Assembly (NCBI GenBank): GCA_963750125.1
Contig: CAVVPT010000016.1
Span: forward strand, 102,122-166,121
DNA: 64,000 nucleotides
Reading direction: 5' to 3'
Source of the DNA: an uncultured Chloroflexia bacterium
Lineage (GTDB): Bacteria > Chloroflexota > Limnocylindria > Limnocylindrales > CSP1-4
Both the position numbers and the translations under genes were made by a program. The notes beneath the pieces are model-generated. The model was not told the DNA's origin. It worked only from the letters and a program-made list of their open reading frames with translations, and made no database searches. Position 1 is the first letter of the stretch, and every line of letters begins with the position of its first letter. Of this stretch, positions 38,269-47,029 are shown one piece after another.

Positions 38269-39336
38269 ATGACGATGACCATCAGTCCCGAACCGGTTCG
38301 AACCAGCCAGCCCACCGAGGAAGCTGCGGCGGCGGCCGCGGCCCGCGGCGGCGATCGCGACGCCTTCGCCGCACTGTGCGAGCGGTACCGTCGCCAGCTC
38401 CACGTCCATTGCTACCGGATGCTCGGCTCGGTCGACGACGCCGACGACCTCGTGCAGGACACGTACCTCAAGGCATGGCAGGCGCGTGCCTCGTTCGAGG
38501 GACGCTCGCTCTTCAGGACGTGGCTCTACCGCATCGCCACGAACGCGTGCCTCGACGCCCTGGCGCGTCGTCCGAAGCGTGTCATGCCCCCCGACGTCCG
38601 ACCGGCGGAGCAGGTGCTGAACACGGACTTCGCGCCGCCGGTCGACCTGCCGTGGCTCCAGCCGTACCCCGACCGGCTGCTGGAGGTGCCGGCGCCCGCG
38701 CATGACGAGCCGTCGGTCGTGGTCGAGGAGCGCGAGACGATCGAGCTGGCGTACCTCGCTGCCATCCAGCACCTGCCCGCGCGCCAGCGGGCTGTGTTGA
38801 TCCTGCGTGACGCCATGTCCTGGTCTGCCAGGGAGACCGCCGAGTTGCTCGATCTCAGCGAGGCCGCGGCGAACAGCCTGCTACAGCGCGCTCGGGCCAC
38901 GATGCGGTCGAAACTGCCCGAACGGCCATCCGAATGGACACGGGCTCGCGAGATCACGGACGCGGAGCGTGACCTGCTGCGCCGGTACATCGCGGCATCG
39001 GAGGCCGCCGACGCGAATGCGTTCAGCGCGCTGCTCGCCGAGGATGTGCGACAGACCATGCCGCCCCTCCCCATGTGGTGGGACGGGAAGGAGCTCGTGG
39101 GCGCGCTCAATCGGTACTTCCTCGAGGACGGGAGCGAGGGCGATCTGCGTGCCGTCGCGACCGCCGCCAACCGGCAGCCGGCTGCAGCGTTCTACCTTCG
39201 CAAGCACGGGGAGACGGCGTTCCGGCTGATCGCCCTGGATGTCCTGACGATCGAGGACGGCCTGATCACGGAGATGGACACGTTCGACCCCCATCAATGC
39301 CCGGGGTTCGACCTGCCGGAGATCCTCGACCGGTAG
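38269..39336 (+). CDS. ECF sigma factor with C-terminal SnoaL-like extension (ECF41/SigJ-like)
   Basis: Region 2 is DDLVQDTYLKAW...RTWLYRIATN. Region 4 is LPARQRAVLILRD...ARETAELLDLSEAAANSLLQRAR. A C-terminal domain of about 150 aa follows. Confidence 0.9.
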   Translation: MTMTISPEPVRTSQPTEEAAAAAAARGGDRDAFAALCERYRRQLHVHCYRMLGSVDDADDLVQDTYLKAWQARASFEGRSLFRTWLYRIATNACLDALARRPKRVMPPDVRPAEQVLNTDFAPPVDLPWLQPYPDRLLEVPAPAHDEPSVVVEERETIELAYLAAIQHLPARQRAVLILRDAMSWSARETAELLDLSEAAANSLLQRARATMRSKLPERPSEWTRAREITDAERDLLRRYIAASEAADANAFSALLAEDVRQTMPPLPMWWDGKELVGALNRYFLEDGSEGDLRAVATAANRQPAAAFYLRKHGETAFRLIALDVLTIEDGLITEMDTFDPHQCPGFDLPEILDR

Positions 39337-39343
39337 GCAGTCT

Positions 39344-39392
39344 CTTGCATCCTGCAAGTGACAGGCGTAGGATCGTTGCAGATTCAACGATC
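39344..39392 (+). promoter_or_regulatory. two consecutive perfect hairpins between the sigma and DUF385 genes
   Basis: CTTGCA-tcc-TGCAAG at 39344-39358 and GATCGTTG-cagatt-CAACGATC at 39371-39392. Confidence 0.6.
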
Positions 39393-39409
39393 ACACGCGA
39401 GGGGAAACT

Positions 39410-39823
39410 ATGGACGACTCCATCCAGCGAGCGCTGCGTCGGGGTCACACGATCGACATGACCACCACCGGCCGGCGGACCGGCAAGCCGCGCCGCATCG
39501 AGCTCGTCTTCCACAACATCGACGGTCGGCTGATCATCTCGGGTATGCCGAACCGTTGGAAGCGCGGCTGGATCCACAACCTCGAGGCCGACCCGCACCT
39601 CACGTTCCACCTGAAGCGCACCGTCCACGCCGACCTGCCAGCCACCGGTCGCGTGATCAGCGATCCGGCCGAGCGCCGTCAGCTCGCGGAGTGGATCGTG
39701 GCCAATGCCTGGCCCAACCAGGACGTCGAAGCGATGGTCGCATTCTCCCCGTTCATCGAAGTCACGTTCGATGAGCTCGCGACCGATGAGCTGGAGGCCT
39801 CGCAGGCGTTGGATAGGGTGTAA
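39410..39823 (+). CDS. nitroreductase-family deazaflavin (F420)-dependent oxidoreductase (DUF385)
   Basis: Motif TTTGRRTGKPRRIEL, 137 aa. Confidence 0.85.
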   Translation: MDDSIQRALRRGHTIDMTTTGRRTGKPRRIELVFHNIDGRLIISGMPNRWKRGWIHNLEADPHLTFHLKRTVHADLPATGRVISDPAERRQLAEWIVANAWPNQDVEAMVAFSPFIEVTFDELATDELEASQALDRV

Positions 39824-39850
39824 CCACCCAACGCACTGCGAGGCCCTCTC

Positions 39851-40279
39851 ATGGACTGGACCCTGGAAGTCGTCATCCTGCCCGTCAGCGACATCGACCG
39901 GTCGGTCGCGTTCTACCGCGATCAGGTCGGCTTCGAGCTCGATCACGACACCACGACCGAGCACATGCACGTCGTGCAGCTCACGCCCCGCGGGTCGGGC
40001 TGCTCGATCGTCTTCGGCGACCTGCCGAGCCAGCGCGAGATGGCGCCGGGTTCGATCAAGGGCCTGCAGTTGTGCGTGGCTGATGCAAACGCCGCACGCG
40101 AGGAGCTGTCCTCACGAGGCGTCGAATGCAGCGAGATCATGGAGTTCTCGCCCGACGACGGTGGCACGTTCTTCGGCTTCGCCGATCCCGATGGCAATTC
40201 GTGGGCAGTCCAGCAACTCAAGGTGCGCGGCGAGAAGCCGCTGATCCCGGTGGAGCACCGCGGCCGCTTCGGCGCCTGA
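39851..40279 (+). CDS. VOC/glyoxalase family protein
   Basis: 142 aa with the pattern VILPVSDIDRSVAFYRDQVGFEL...DPDGNSW. Confidence 0.85.
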   Translation: MDWTLEVVILPVSDIDRSVAFYRDQVGFELDHDTTTEHMHVVQLTPRGSGCSIVFGDLPSQREMAPGSIKGLQLCVADANAAREELSSRGVECSEIMEFSPDDGGTFFGFADPDGNSWAVQQLKVRGEKPLIPVEHRGRFGA

Positions 40280-40369
40280 TGCCCGCGCCTGCCCGACTCC
40301 CTGTAAATCGAGGGCTGTTCCTGCCAGACTGATGCTCCGGGGAGGAACTGGACCGGCGGGAGGGGCCCG

Positions 40370-41842
40370 ATGACGGTCGTCGCCGACGCGTTCGACGAGC
40401 TGCAACAGCGGTTGGGCCAGGCGCTTCACGCCAACCGGGCGGGCTCGGGCATCTCCCACGTCATGGTCGTCCTGCCGTCGTTCAGCGTCGGCGAGTCGAC
40501 GCTGGCCCACTACGCGGCGCGAATCCCGTCGCTCGAACACCGCTACCTCAACGCGGTGCTGATCGCCGGGCGCATCACCGACTGTCACGTCGTGTACATC
40601 TCGAGCCGAGCGCCCGACCAGGCCATCGTCGAGTACTACGTGTCGCTCACGCCGGTCTTGGTCCGCGACTCGCTGAAGTCGCGGCTGACCCTCGTCGACA
40701 TCGATGACGGGACGGTCCGCTCGGTCGCCTCGAAGCTGCTCGACCACCCGGAGCGGATCGAGGAGATCCGCCGCATCATCGGCGGGCGGCCGGCCCTGAT
40801 CGAGGGCTGGAACGTCACCGAGATGGAGGTCCGGCTCGCCCTCGCGCTCGGCGTGCCGATCAACGGAACGCGGCCGGACCTGCGCCACCTCGGATTCAAG
40901 AGCGATGGCCGGCGGCTTATCCGGCGCGCGGGCGTGCCCGTGCCCGAGGGCGCCGAGGACGTGCGCTCAACCAACGACGTGATCAAGGCAGTCGAGGTGC
41001 TCCAGGCGTCCCACCAGGCACGCGCCGGGATCGTGATCAAGCACGACGACAGCGGTGCCGGCGACGGCAACGCGGTGCTCGACCTCGCGCCGATGGCGGT
41101 GGCTCCCGATCCCCGCGGATGGCTGCGCGAACAGATCGAGGCGCTGCCGGACTGGTATCGCGACGATCTCTCCCGCGGAGGGATCGTCGAGGAGCGGATC
41201 TCGGGTGACCGGTTCACGAGCCCGAGCGCGCAGGTCGACATCCGGCCCGACGGCCGCGTCATCGTCCTGGCGACCCACGAGCAGGTGCTCGGTGGCGAGA
41301 GCGGGCAGGTCTATCTCGGCTGCCGTTTCCCGGCCGACCCGGCCTACGCGTCAGTGCTCGCCGAGCATGCCGCCGGCATCGGGGAGGAGCTCGCGCGTGA
41401 GGGCGCGATCGGGCGGTTCTCGGTTGACTTCGTTGCCGCGGCCGATGGCGAGGCAGGCGAGTGGCGCGTCTATGCCCTCGAGATCAACCTTCGCAAGGGC
41501 GGGACGACGCATCCATACGCAGCGCTGCGCAACGTCGCGCCGGGGCGCTACGACCCAGGGGCGGGCCGCTGGATCACCGAGGATGGCGGAACGCGCTGTT
41601 ACAGCGCGACGGACAACCTCGTCGACCCGGCCTGGGTGAGGCTCTCGCCTGCCGCCGTCATCGCCGCCGTGGCCGATGCCGGCCTCCAGTTCGACCCGGA
41701 AACAGGCATCGGGGTCGTGCTCCACATGCTGTCCGGCCTCGCGATCGACGGCCGGTTCGGGCTGACCGCGATCGGAGAGACGCGCGAGGACGCCGCGCGG
41801 ATGCATGACGCGACGAGGGCGATCGTCGCCGCACTCGCCTGA
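40370..41842 (+). CDS. ATP-grasp enzyme, PGM1-like peptide ligase family
   Basis: 490 aa with a pre-ATP-grasp region and an ATP-grasp core (VIKHDDSGAGDGN...RFSVDFV...YALEINLRKGGTTHP). Confidence 0.75.
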   Translation: MTVVADAFDELQQRLGQALHANRAGSGISHVMVVLPSFSVGESTLAHYAARIPSLEHRYLNAVLIAGRITDCHVVYISSRAPDQAIVEYYVSLTPVLVRDSLKSRLTLVDIDDGTVRSVASKLLDHPERIEEIRRIIGGRPALIEGWNVTEMEVRLALALGVPINGTRPDLRHLGFKSDGRRLIRRAGVPVPEGAEDVRSTNDVIKAVEVLQASHQARAGIVIKHDDSGAGDGNAVLDLAPMAVAPDPRGWLREQIEALPDWYRDDLSRGGIVEERISGDRFTSPSAQVDIRPDGRVIVLATHEQVLGGESGQVYLGCRFPADPAYASVLAEHAAGIGEELAREGAIGRFSVDFVAAADGEAGEWRVYALEINLRKGGTTHPYAALRNVAPGRYDPGAGRWITEDGGTRCYSATDNLVDPAWVRLSPAAVIAAVADAGLQFDPETGIGVVLHMLSGLAIDGRFGLTAIGETREDAARMHDATRAIVAALA

Positions 41843-41849
41843 CGGCGAT

Positions 41850-42197
41850 CTAGCCGTGTCCCTCGGAGGCGATGCCCAGCTGCACGACAGTCTCGCCGCC
41901 GAACGCCAGCGGTTGCCCGACCTGGTATGCGTCGGCAATCTTGTTCCAGGCTTCGAAGCCTGGATGGCCGTCATGGGCGTGATGGCCCTCGCCGGTCGCG
42001 AAGATCGCGGCCACGAGGTACTGGACGCTGCCCTCGACCGGCCGCGACGAGATGTCGAGGCGGTTCAGCGTGGCGCCGATCAGCAGGCCCCGCTCGCGCA
42101 GGTCCTGCCAGACGGGCAGCTCGTGCTCCCGGAACCCGGCTTCGAAGGCTTCGACGTGTTGGCGGGCGACGTTGAGCACGACCGTCACGGTTTCCAT
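41850..42197 (-). CDS. hypothetical ferredoxin-fold-like protein (DUF4286/ABM-like, tentative)
   Basis: ATG 42197 preceded by AAGGAGG, 115 aa. His-rich patch GEGHHAHDGHPGFEAW. Confidence 0.6.
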   Translation of the reverse strand: METVTVVLNVARQHVEAFEAGFREHELPVWQDLRERGLLIGATLNRLDISSRPVEGSVQYLVAAIFATGEGHHAHDGHPGFEAWNKIADAYQVGQPLAFGGETVVQLGIASEGHG

Positions 42198-42229
42198 CCC
42201 GTCCTCCTTGCGACGCCGCCAGCATCGCA

Positions 42230-42775
42230 CTACGCCTCGGCTGGCGCGTAGATCATGTACTGCACGCCCGTCTCGAGCGTCCGCGATGAGACAAGCCGTA
42301 GCGAGGCCTGCACACCATCGGCGAACAGGCGCTTGCCGTGGCCGACGACGATCGGATGGACCAGCAGCCGCAATTCGTCAAGGACGCCCGCTTCGAGCAG
42401 CGAGCGCACGAGCGTGGGGCTGCCCGTGATCGAGATGTCCTTGCCGTCCTCGGCCTTCCGGCGCCGAAGATCCTCCGGGACGTCGCCCTGGATCAGCTCA
42501 GAGTTCTGCCAGGTGGCGTCCTGCAGCGTCGTTGAGGCGACCAGCTTTCGGACGCCGTTGATCTCGTCCGCGAGGGGGACGTCGTCGCCCTGGTTCGGCC
42601 AGAACGCGGCGAACTCCTCGTAGGTCCGGCGCCCGAGCAGCATCGTGTCGGACGCTGCCAGCTGGTCGGTGACGATCTGGCCCATCTCGTCGTTGAAGTA
42701 CGGAAAGTGCCAGGTCTCCGGTGCCTCGACGACACCGTCGAGCGACATGAACAGCCCGGCAACGATCTTGCGCAT
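42230..42775 (-). CDS. dihydrofolate reductase family protein (RibD_C-like)
   Basis: MRKIVAGLFMSLDGVVE...LLGRRTYEEFAAFWP...ISITGSPTLVRSLL. Confidence 0.9.
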   Translation of the reverse strand: MRKIVAGLFMSLDGVVEAPETWHFPYFNDEMGQIVTDQLAASDTMLLGRRTYEEFAAFWPNQGDDVPLADEINGVRKLVASTTLQDATWQNSELIQGDVPEDLRRRKAEDGKDISITGSPTLVRSLLEAGVLDELRLLVHPIVVGHGKRLFADGVQASLRLVSSRTLETGVQYMIYAPAEA

Positions 42776-42856
42776 CTCTCGATCTCCTCAGGTTGTGCCC
42801 GTTCGGGCGGGTTTCGTGAGGTGGTCGGAGCGCGAGGGTCGATTTCGACACGACCG

Positions 42857-43171
42857 CTAGTCGGCGGTCGTCTCGGTCCCGGCCTGCCACAGGCCGCGCT
42901 GCCACGGCTCGCCCGGGGCGCTGCGCCATGCGGTCCACCCGAGCGGCAGGTCGGCGACCTCGCGCAGGGATGGATCGAGGCCGACCGCGCGGGCCATGCT
43001 GATCAGCACGGCCTGATCGAGGTCGACTTCGTTGCCGTCGAGGAATTGCCAGCCGTCGTCGTCGGCGTCATGACTGACGAGCAGGATCGGCGCGCCATCG
43101 AGCACGGCGCGGACGGTGATCGCCGCCGCATCGGGCGGCTGATCGAATGGCCAGTCTTGATCGTCGGCCAC
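42857..43171 (-). CDS. hypothetical protein (DUF2185-like, tentative)
   Basis: 104 aa with the motif LLVSHDADDDGWQFLDG. Confidence 0.55.
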   Translation of the reverse strand: MADDQDWPFDQPPDAAAITVRAVLDGAPILLVSHDADDDGWQFLDGNEVDLDQAVLISMARAVGLDPSLREVADLPLGWTAWRSAPGEPWQRGLWQAGTETTAD

Positions 43172-43189
43172 GTGCCTCCGTGACGGGCG

Positions 43190-43372
43190 TCAGGACGTCG
43201 CGTACTCCTTCGGGTGCGATTCGCCGTCCTTCGCCTCGGTGCGCTCCATGATGGCGATCGTCTCGGCGACCGACCGGCCGTTCTCGTCAGCGGCGCGCTT
43301 AAGATCCTCGTAGGTGATGTTGTGCTCGCCCATCTCGAGGTGGGCGTCCATGCATCCGCAGGTCAGGCACAT
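43190..43372 (-). CDS. small CxxCGC-motif protein (60 aa), putative metal binding
   Basis: ATG preceded by GAAGGAG. The N-terminus is MCLTCGCMDAH. Confidence 0.6.
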   Translation of the reverse strand: MCLTCGCMDAHLEMGEHNITYEDLKRAADENGRSVAETIAIMERTEAKDGESHPKEYATS

Positions 43373-43556
43373 CGCGTCATCTCCTTCGCGTCCACGATTG
43401 TGATTGTCTAATCGCGTACCGCGACGGTTCGGATTTCAGCGACTGCAGGCGTGTGCGTCTCGCAGATCGCTTGCAGACGCAGAGAGGTGCGGTCAGCCGG
43501 ACTGGCCCGAAGGCGCCTCAAGGAACGACAGCGCCGTGATCGTCAGTGACGACCCG

Positions 43557-43730
43557 TCAGGTCGCGGCTGAGGTCCGCGAATAGTGGCGGAACAGCGCCA
43601 CCCAGCCGACGAAGGACACTGCCATGACGACGGGCAGCAGCCAGTCGCCAAAGGCCATGTGGACGATCGCGTTGGCGGCGACGCCCGTCCAGCAGATGAA
43701 GCCGAACACGAGGATGAGGGTTCGTGACAT
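43557..43730 (-). CDS. candidate small 2-TM membrane protein (57 aa)
   Basis: MSRTLILVFGFICWTGVAANAIVHMAFGDWLLPVVMAVSFVGWVALF. No clear RBS. Confidence 0.4.
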   Translation of the reverse strand: MSRTLILVFGFICWTGVAANAIVHMAFGDWLLPVVMAVSFVGWVALFRHYSRTSAAT

Positions 43731-43808
43731 GGCGACCACGGTCGGCCAAAAGTCCCGGCGGATCAAGGCCTGAAAGTCCTATGTGGTTCGTCGCGGCACC
43801 GTTTCCGC

Positions 43809-44987
43809 TCAGCCGATGATGTTCCGCTCGACCACCCGGCGGCCATCGACGAGCCGCTCGAACCCGAATACCGAGAGATCCAGGGTGACGTAGCGGCCGT
43901 TGACGATCAGCTCAGCCAGTGCCCTGCCCACCGCCGGCGCCTGCTGGATCCCATGGCCGCTGAATCCGTTCGCGAACAGCACGTTCTTCACCTCCGGGTG
44001 TGGCCCAAGGATCGCGTTCTGGTCGACGGTGTTGTACTCGTAGTAGCCCGCCCACGAACGGACCGGCTTGATCGCATCGAACGCGGGGACGCGCGCCGCG
44101 AGTGCCGGCCACAGCAGCTCATCGAACTGGCTGTGGTCGACCTCGAGCGGGAGACCGTCCAGGTCCTGCTCGGTCGGCGGTGACGTCCCGCAGATGTACG
44201 ACCCGCCCTCGGGCCGGAACCACACGCCGGACGTGTCGATCACCAGTGGACAGTCGGGGATGGACTCGCGGACGTCGAACACGAACACGCACCGTCGGCG
44301 GGCCTCGACCGGCAGCTCGATGCCGGCCATCGCGGCGACCTCGTGGGCCCACGGCCCAGCCGCGTTGATGACGGTCCCGGAGGCCATCCGCCTCCCGGAG
44401 GCTAGCCGGACCGCATCGATGCGTCCCGACCCTCGATCGAATCCCACGACCTCGTCGCGTACGAACTCGGCGCCCGCCGCGAGTGCCCGCTGGCGCAGGG
44501 TCTGGAGCAACCCGAAGCCGTCGAACCACCCCTCGCCGGCAAGCCCCAGCGATCCGGTCTCGACATCGTCGAGACGCATCCAGGGAAAGCGTCCCTGGAG
44601 TTCGGCGCGGTCGAGGAGGACCACCTCCGCGCCTTCCGCTCGCTGGACGGCATGCACCTCACGGAGCGTGGCCGCCCCCTCGGGCGGCGCGAGATACAGG
44701 TAGCCCCGTTCCTCGAGCCCGACGTCGACCGGGTCGGGCCCGCTCGCGAGGTCGCGCAGGAACTGGAAGCCGAACCGCGACATGCGGATGTTCTCCGGGG
44801 TCGAGAACTGCTGGCGGATCGAGCTCGCCGAGAGGGCCGACGACGCGCGCCGGTACCCGGGATCGCGCTCGACGACCGCGACTCGCCCCGCGAACCCCGG
44901 ATCGTCCAGGAGGAACGCGGCCACGGCACAGCCCATCGCCCCGCCGCCCACGATGACGACGTCGAATCCGTCCCGGCCAGCACGCAT
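43809..44987 (-). CDS. FAD-dependent oxidoreductase (DAO family, sarcosine/D-amino-acid oxidase-like)
   Basis: The dinucleotide fold FDVVIVGGGAMGCAVA lies directly after ATG 44987. Confidence 0.9.
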   Translation of the reverse strand: MRAGRDGFDVVIVGGGAMGCAVAAFLLDDPGFAGRVAVVERDPGYRRASSALSASSIRQQFSTPENIRMSRFGFQFLRDLASGPDPVDVGLEERGYLYLAPPEGAATLREVHAVQRAEGAEVVLLDRAELQGRFPWMRLDDVETGSLGLAGEGWFDGFGLLQTLRQRALAAGAEFVRDEVVGFDRGSGRIDAVRLASGRRMASGTVINAAGPWAHEVAAMAGIELPVEARRRCVFVFDVRESIPDCPLVIDTSGVWFRPEGGSYICGTSPPTEQDLDGLPLEVDHSQFDELLWPALAARVPAFDAIKPVRSWAGYYEYNTVDQNAILGPHPEVKNVLFANGFSGHGIQQAPAVGRALAELIVNGRYVTLDLSVFGFERLVDGRRVVERNIIG

Positions 44988-45051
44988 GTGCCGATTGTCG
45001 TTGACAGTCGGCGGACGATGGTGAGACGCGTGCAGGCAGTGAGGGTGCGCC

Positions 45052-45780
45052 ATGGCAGTCACGGGGGAGTCGCCCATCTTCGGGCCGCCGTCGATCTCCG
45101 AGAAGCGGTTCGTCAACAGTCTCCGGGCCGCGAAGTCGCCGGCGGCAGACGAGGGCGCGAGCATCTACCGGCGGATGGTCAACAACGGCTTCGATCCGCT
45201 CGTCGCGCTAGGACAGTTCCAGGCCGAATCGGGGCTCGGAACGAAGGGCCACGCGCGCAGCACGCGGAACTGGGGCAACATCCTGTTCTACGACTGGACG
45301 AAGGCGCTCGGAGCGGTCGAATTCGCCCCCGGCAACGGGTTCCACTATTCGCAGTTTCCGTCCTGGACCCAGGGCGCTCGGGCGTACATCCGGCTGATGA
45401 AACGCTACGAGGCGCGCGACTTCGACACCGTGGAGAAGATGGCCGCGCACTGGCTCGGGGACAAGGTTGGAACGCCGCGCACGGACCGTTACGTCGCCAA
45501 CATCCTGCAGGCGAGTGCCCGCTTCGCAGCTCCGTCGGCAACGTCGAGCGTTTCGACCACGGGCGAGGTGACGAAACCCGCCGCCCCGGCCGAGCCGAAG
45601 GCTCCGCCCGTGATCTACGTCGTCAAGGCCGGCGACACGATGTCGGGGATCGCCAAGCAGGAGCTCGGATCGTCGTCGCGCTGGCCGGAGATCTACCGGA
45701 TCCCGGCCAACCGCAACCTGATCGGCGCCGACCCGGGACTGATCCGCCCGGGTCAGCGTCTGGTCATGCCTTCGAAGTAA
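45052..45780 (+). CDS. glucosaminidase-like peptidoglycan hydrolase with C-terminal LysM, no signal peptide
   Basis: The N-domain contains GFDPLVALGQFQAESGLG...NWGNI. The C-terminal LysM is YVVKAGDTMSGIAKQELGSSSRWPEIYRIPANRNLIGADPGLIRPGQRLVMP. RBS GAGGG. Confidence 0.8.
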   Translation: MAVTGESPIFGPPSISEKRFVNSLRAAKSPAADEGASIYRRMVNNGFDPLVALGQFQAESGLGTKGHARSTRNWGNILFYDWTKALGAVEFAPGNGFHYSQFPSWTQGARAYIRLMKRYEARDFDTVEKMAAHWLGDKVGTPRTDRYVANILQASARFAAPSATSSVSTTGEVTKPAAPAEPKAPPVIYVVKAGDTMSGIAKQELGSSSRWPEIYRIPANRNLIGADPGLIRPGQRLVMPSK

Positions 45781-45833
45781 GGGGCGTTCTTCGTAGCCCG
45801 TGCCTTCGGCGCCCGAGTCCGTCTCGCCGCCGA

Positions 45834-46853
45834 CTACATCCCTGGCGGGCCGGGCTGCTGCGGTGGCTTCTCGGGCTGCTGCGCCGGCGGTTCGCCTGTC
45901 TCGCCGTCCGTGATTGCGGCGGGCTCGGCGTCGTCGTCATCGAGATCCGAGCCGTCACCGGCACCGTCGCCGCCGTCATCGGAATCGTCGTCGTTCGGCG
46001 GTTCCTGATCGACGTCCTCATCGGTCTCTTCGGTTGACCCGAGCTCGTTTTCGATGACTTCGCCCGGGGCCTCCTCGGTTTCGACGCCAGGCTCGGGCTT
46101 CGTGCCGATCACGCCACGGCGCGAGAACGAACGCGTGAGACGGAGCTGGTCCGAAACGGTCGTCGTCGCCTGCGAGACCGCCCGGGAGCCGAAGTAGAAG
46201 CCCGCCACCGCGACGACGAGTGTGCTGACTGTCGTCATCAGTTGCAGGCCGAAGTCGTGGGCCTCCTGGGTCATCACCGTCCGGGTCATGACGTCGTAGA
46301 GCGGGGCTGCCGGCGGTGCAGGGACCGGCGTCAGGAGCGTCTGCGAGACGACGATCGCCCCGTCGGCCCGCAGCGCATCGATCTGCGCCTGCGTCAGGCC
46401 CGTCGATATAAGTTCGGTGCCGGCGGAACCCGCCGCAAAGACCTGGATCCCGATGATCGCGAAGATCAGGATCAGGCTCATCGCGATGAGGGCCCGGATC
46501 GAACCTTCCGGCATCCCGAGCGCCTCGCCCGGCGCGCCCATGTCCAGTGCCCGCAGGATCAGTGTCCCGAGATACAGCAGCAGCGCGACCGTTACGAAGC
46601 CGGCGACCAGCAGGACCACGCCCTCGAGGCCCTTCGATGGACCCTCCTTGCCATAGAGCGTGATGAAGCCGTAGATCACCGCGCCGACGAGGACCGCGCC
46701 GCCGAGCACCGCCGCGATGCCGAGGAGACGCGTCCCCGAGATCCGCTGCATCGCGGGGTTCAGGACGACGACTGGGCGCCCGTCCTCGGTCTCGTCGTCA
46801 TCGGCGACGTCACCCTCGTCGAGGCCGTTATCCCGTGTCGGATCGTCGGTCAT
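45834..46853 (-). CDS. 4-TM membrane protein with long acidic C-terminal tail
   Basis: ATG 46853 with GGAGGGG 7 nt upstream, 339 aa. The tail is rich in D/E (EETDEDVDQEPPNDDDSDDGGDGAGDGSDLDDDD). Confidence 0.7.
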   Translation of the reverse strand: MTDDPTRDNGLDEGDVADDDETEDGRPVVVLNPAMQRISGTRLLGIAAVLGGAVLVGAVIYGFITLYGKEGPSKGLEGVVLLVAGFVTVALLLYLGTLILRALDMGAPGEALGMPEGSIRALIAMSLILIFAIIGIQVFAAGSAGTELISTGLTQAQIDALRADGAIVVSQTLLTPVPAPPAAPLYDVMTRTVMTQEAHDFGLQLMTTVSTLVVAVAGFYFGSRAVSQATTTVSDQLRLTRSFSRRGVIGTKPEPGVETEEAPGEVIENELGSTEETDEDVDQEPPNDDDSDDGGDGAGDGSDLDDDDAEPAAITDGETGEPPAQQPEKPPQQPGPPGM

Positions 46854-46939
46854 CCAAGCACCCCTCCGTCGATCACCGCGCGCGGGCCAACTGTAGTGCC
46901 CGGTCGCCGCGCTGACCAGACTCGAATTCGAGTTGGCCC

Positions 46940-46968
46940 TTGACCCGTCCCGGTCGCGTTTGTAGGCT
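46940..46968 (+). promoter_or_regulatory. candidate promoter of the 47030-50179 operon
   Basis: TTGACC, a 17-nt spacer, then TAGGCT (actinobacterial TANNNT-type -10), about 60 nt upstream of ATG 47030. Confidence 0.45.
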
Positions 46969-47029
46969 CGCAAGGTCGATCCGAACGGCCGAGCGCGCGC
47001 AAGCGGTCCGGAGGAGGTTGGGGGCCACC

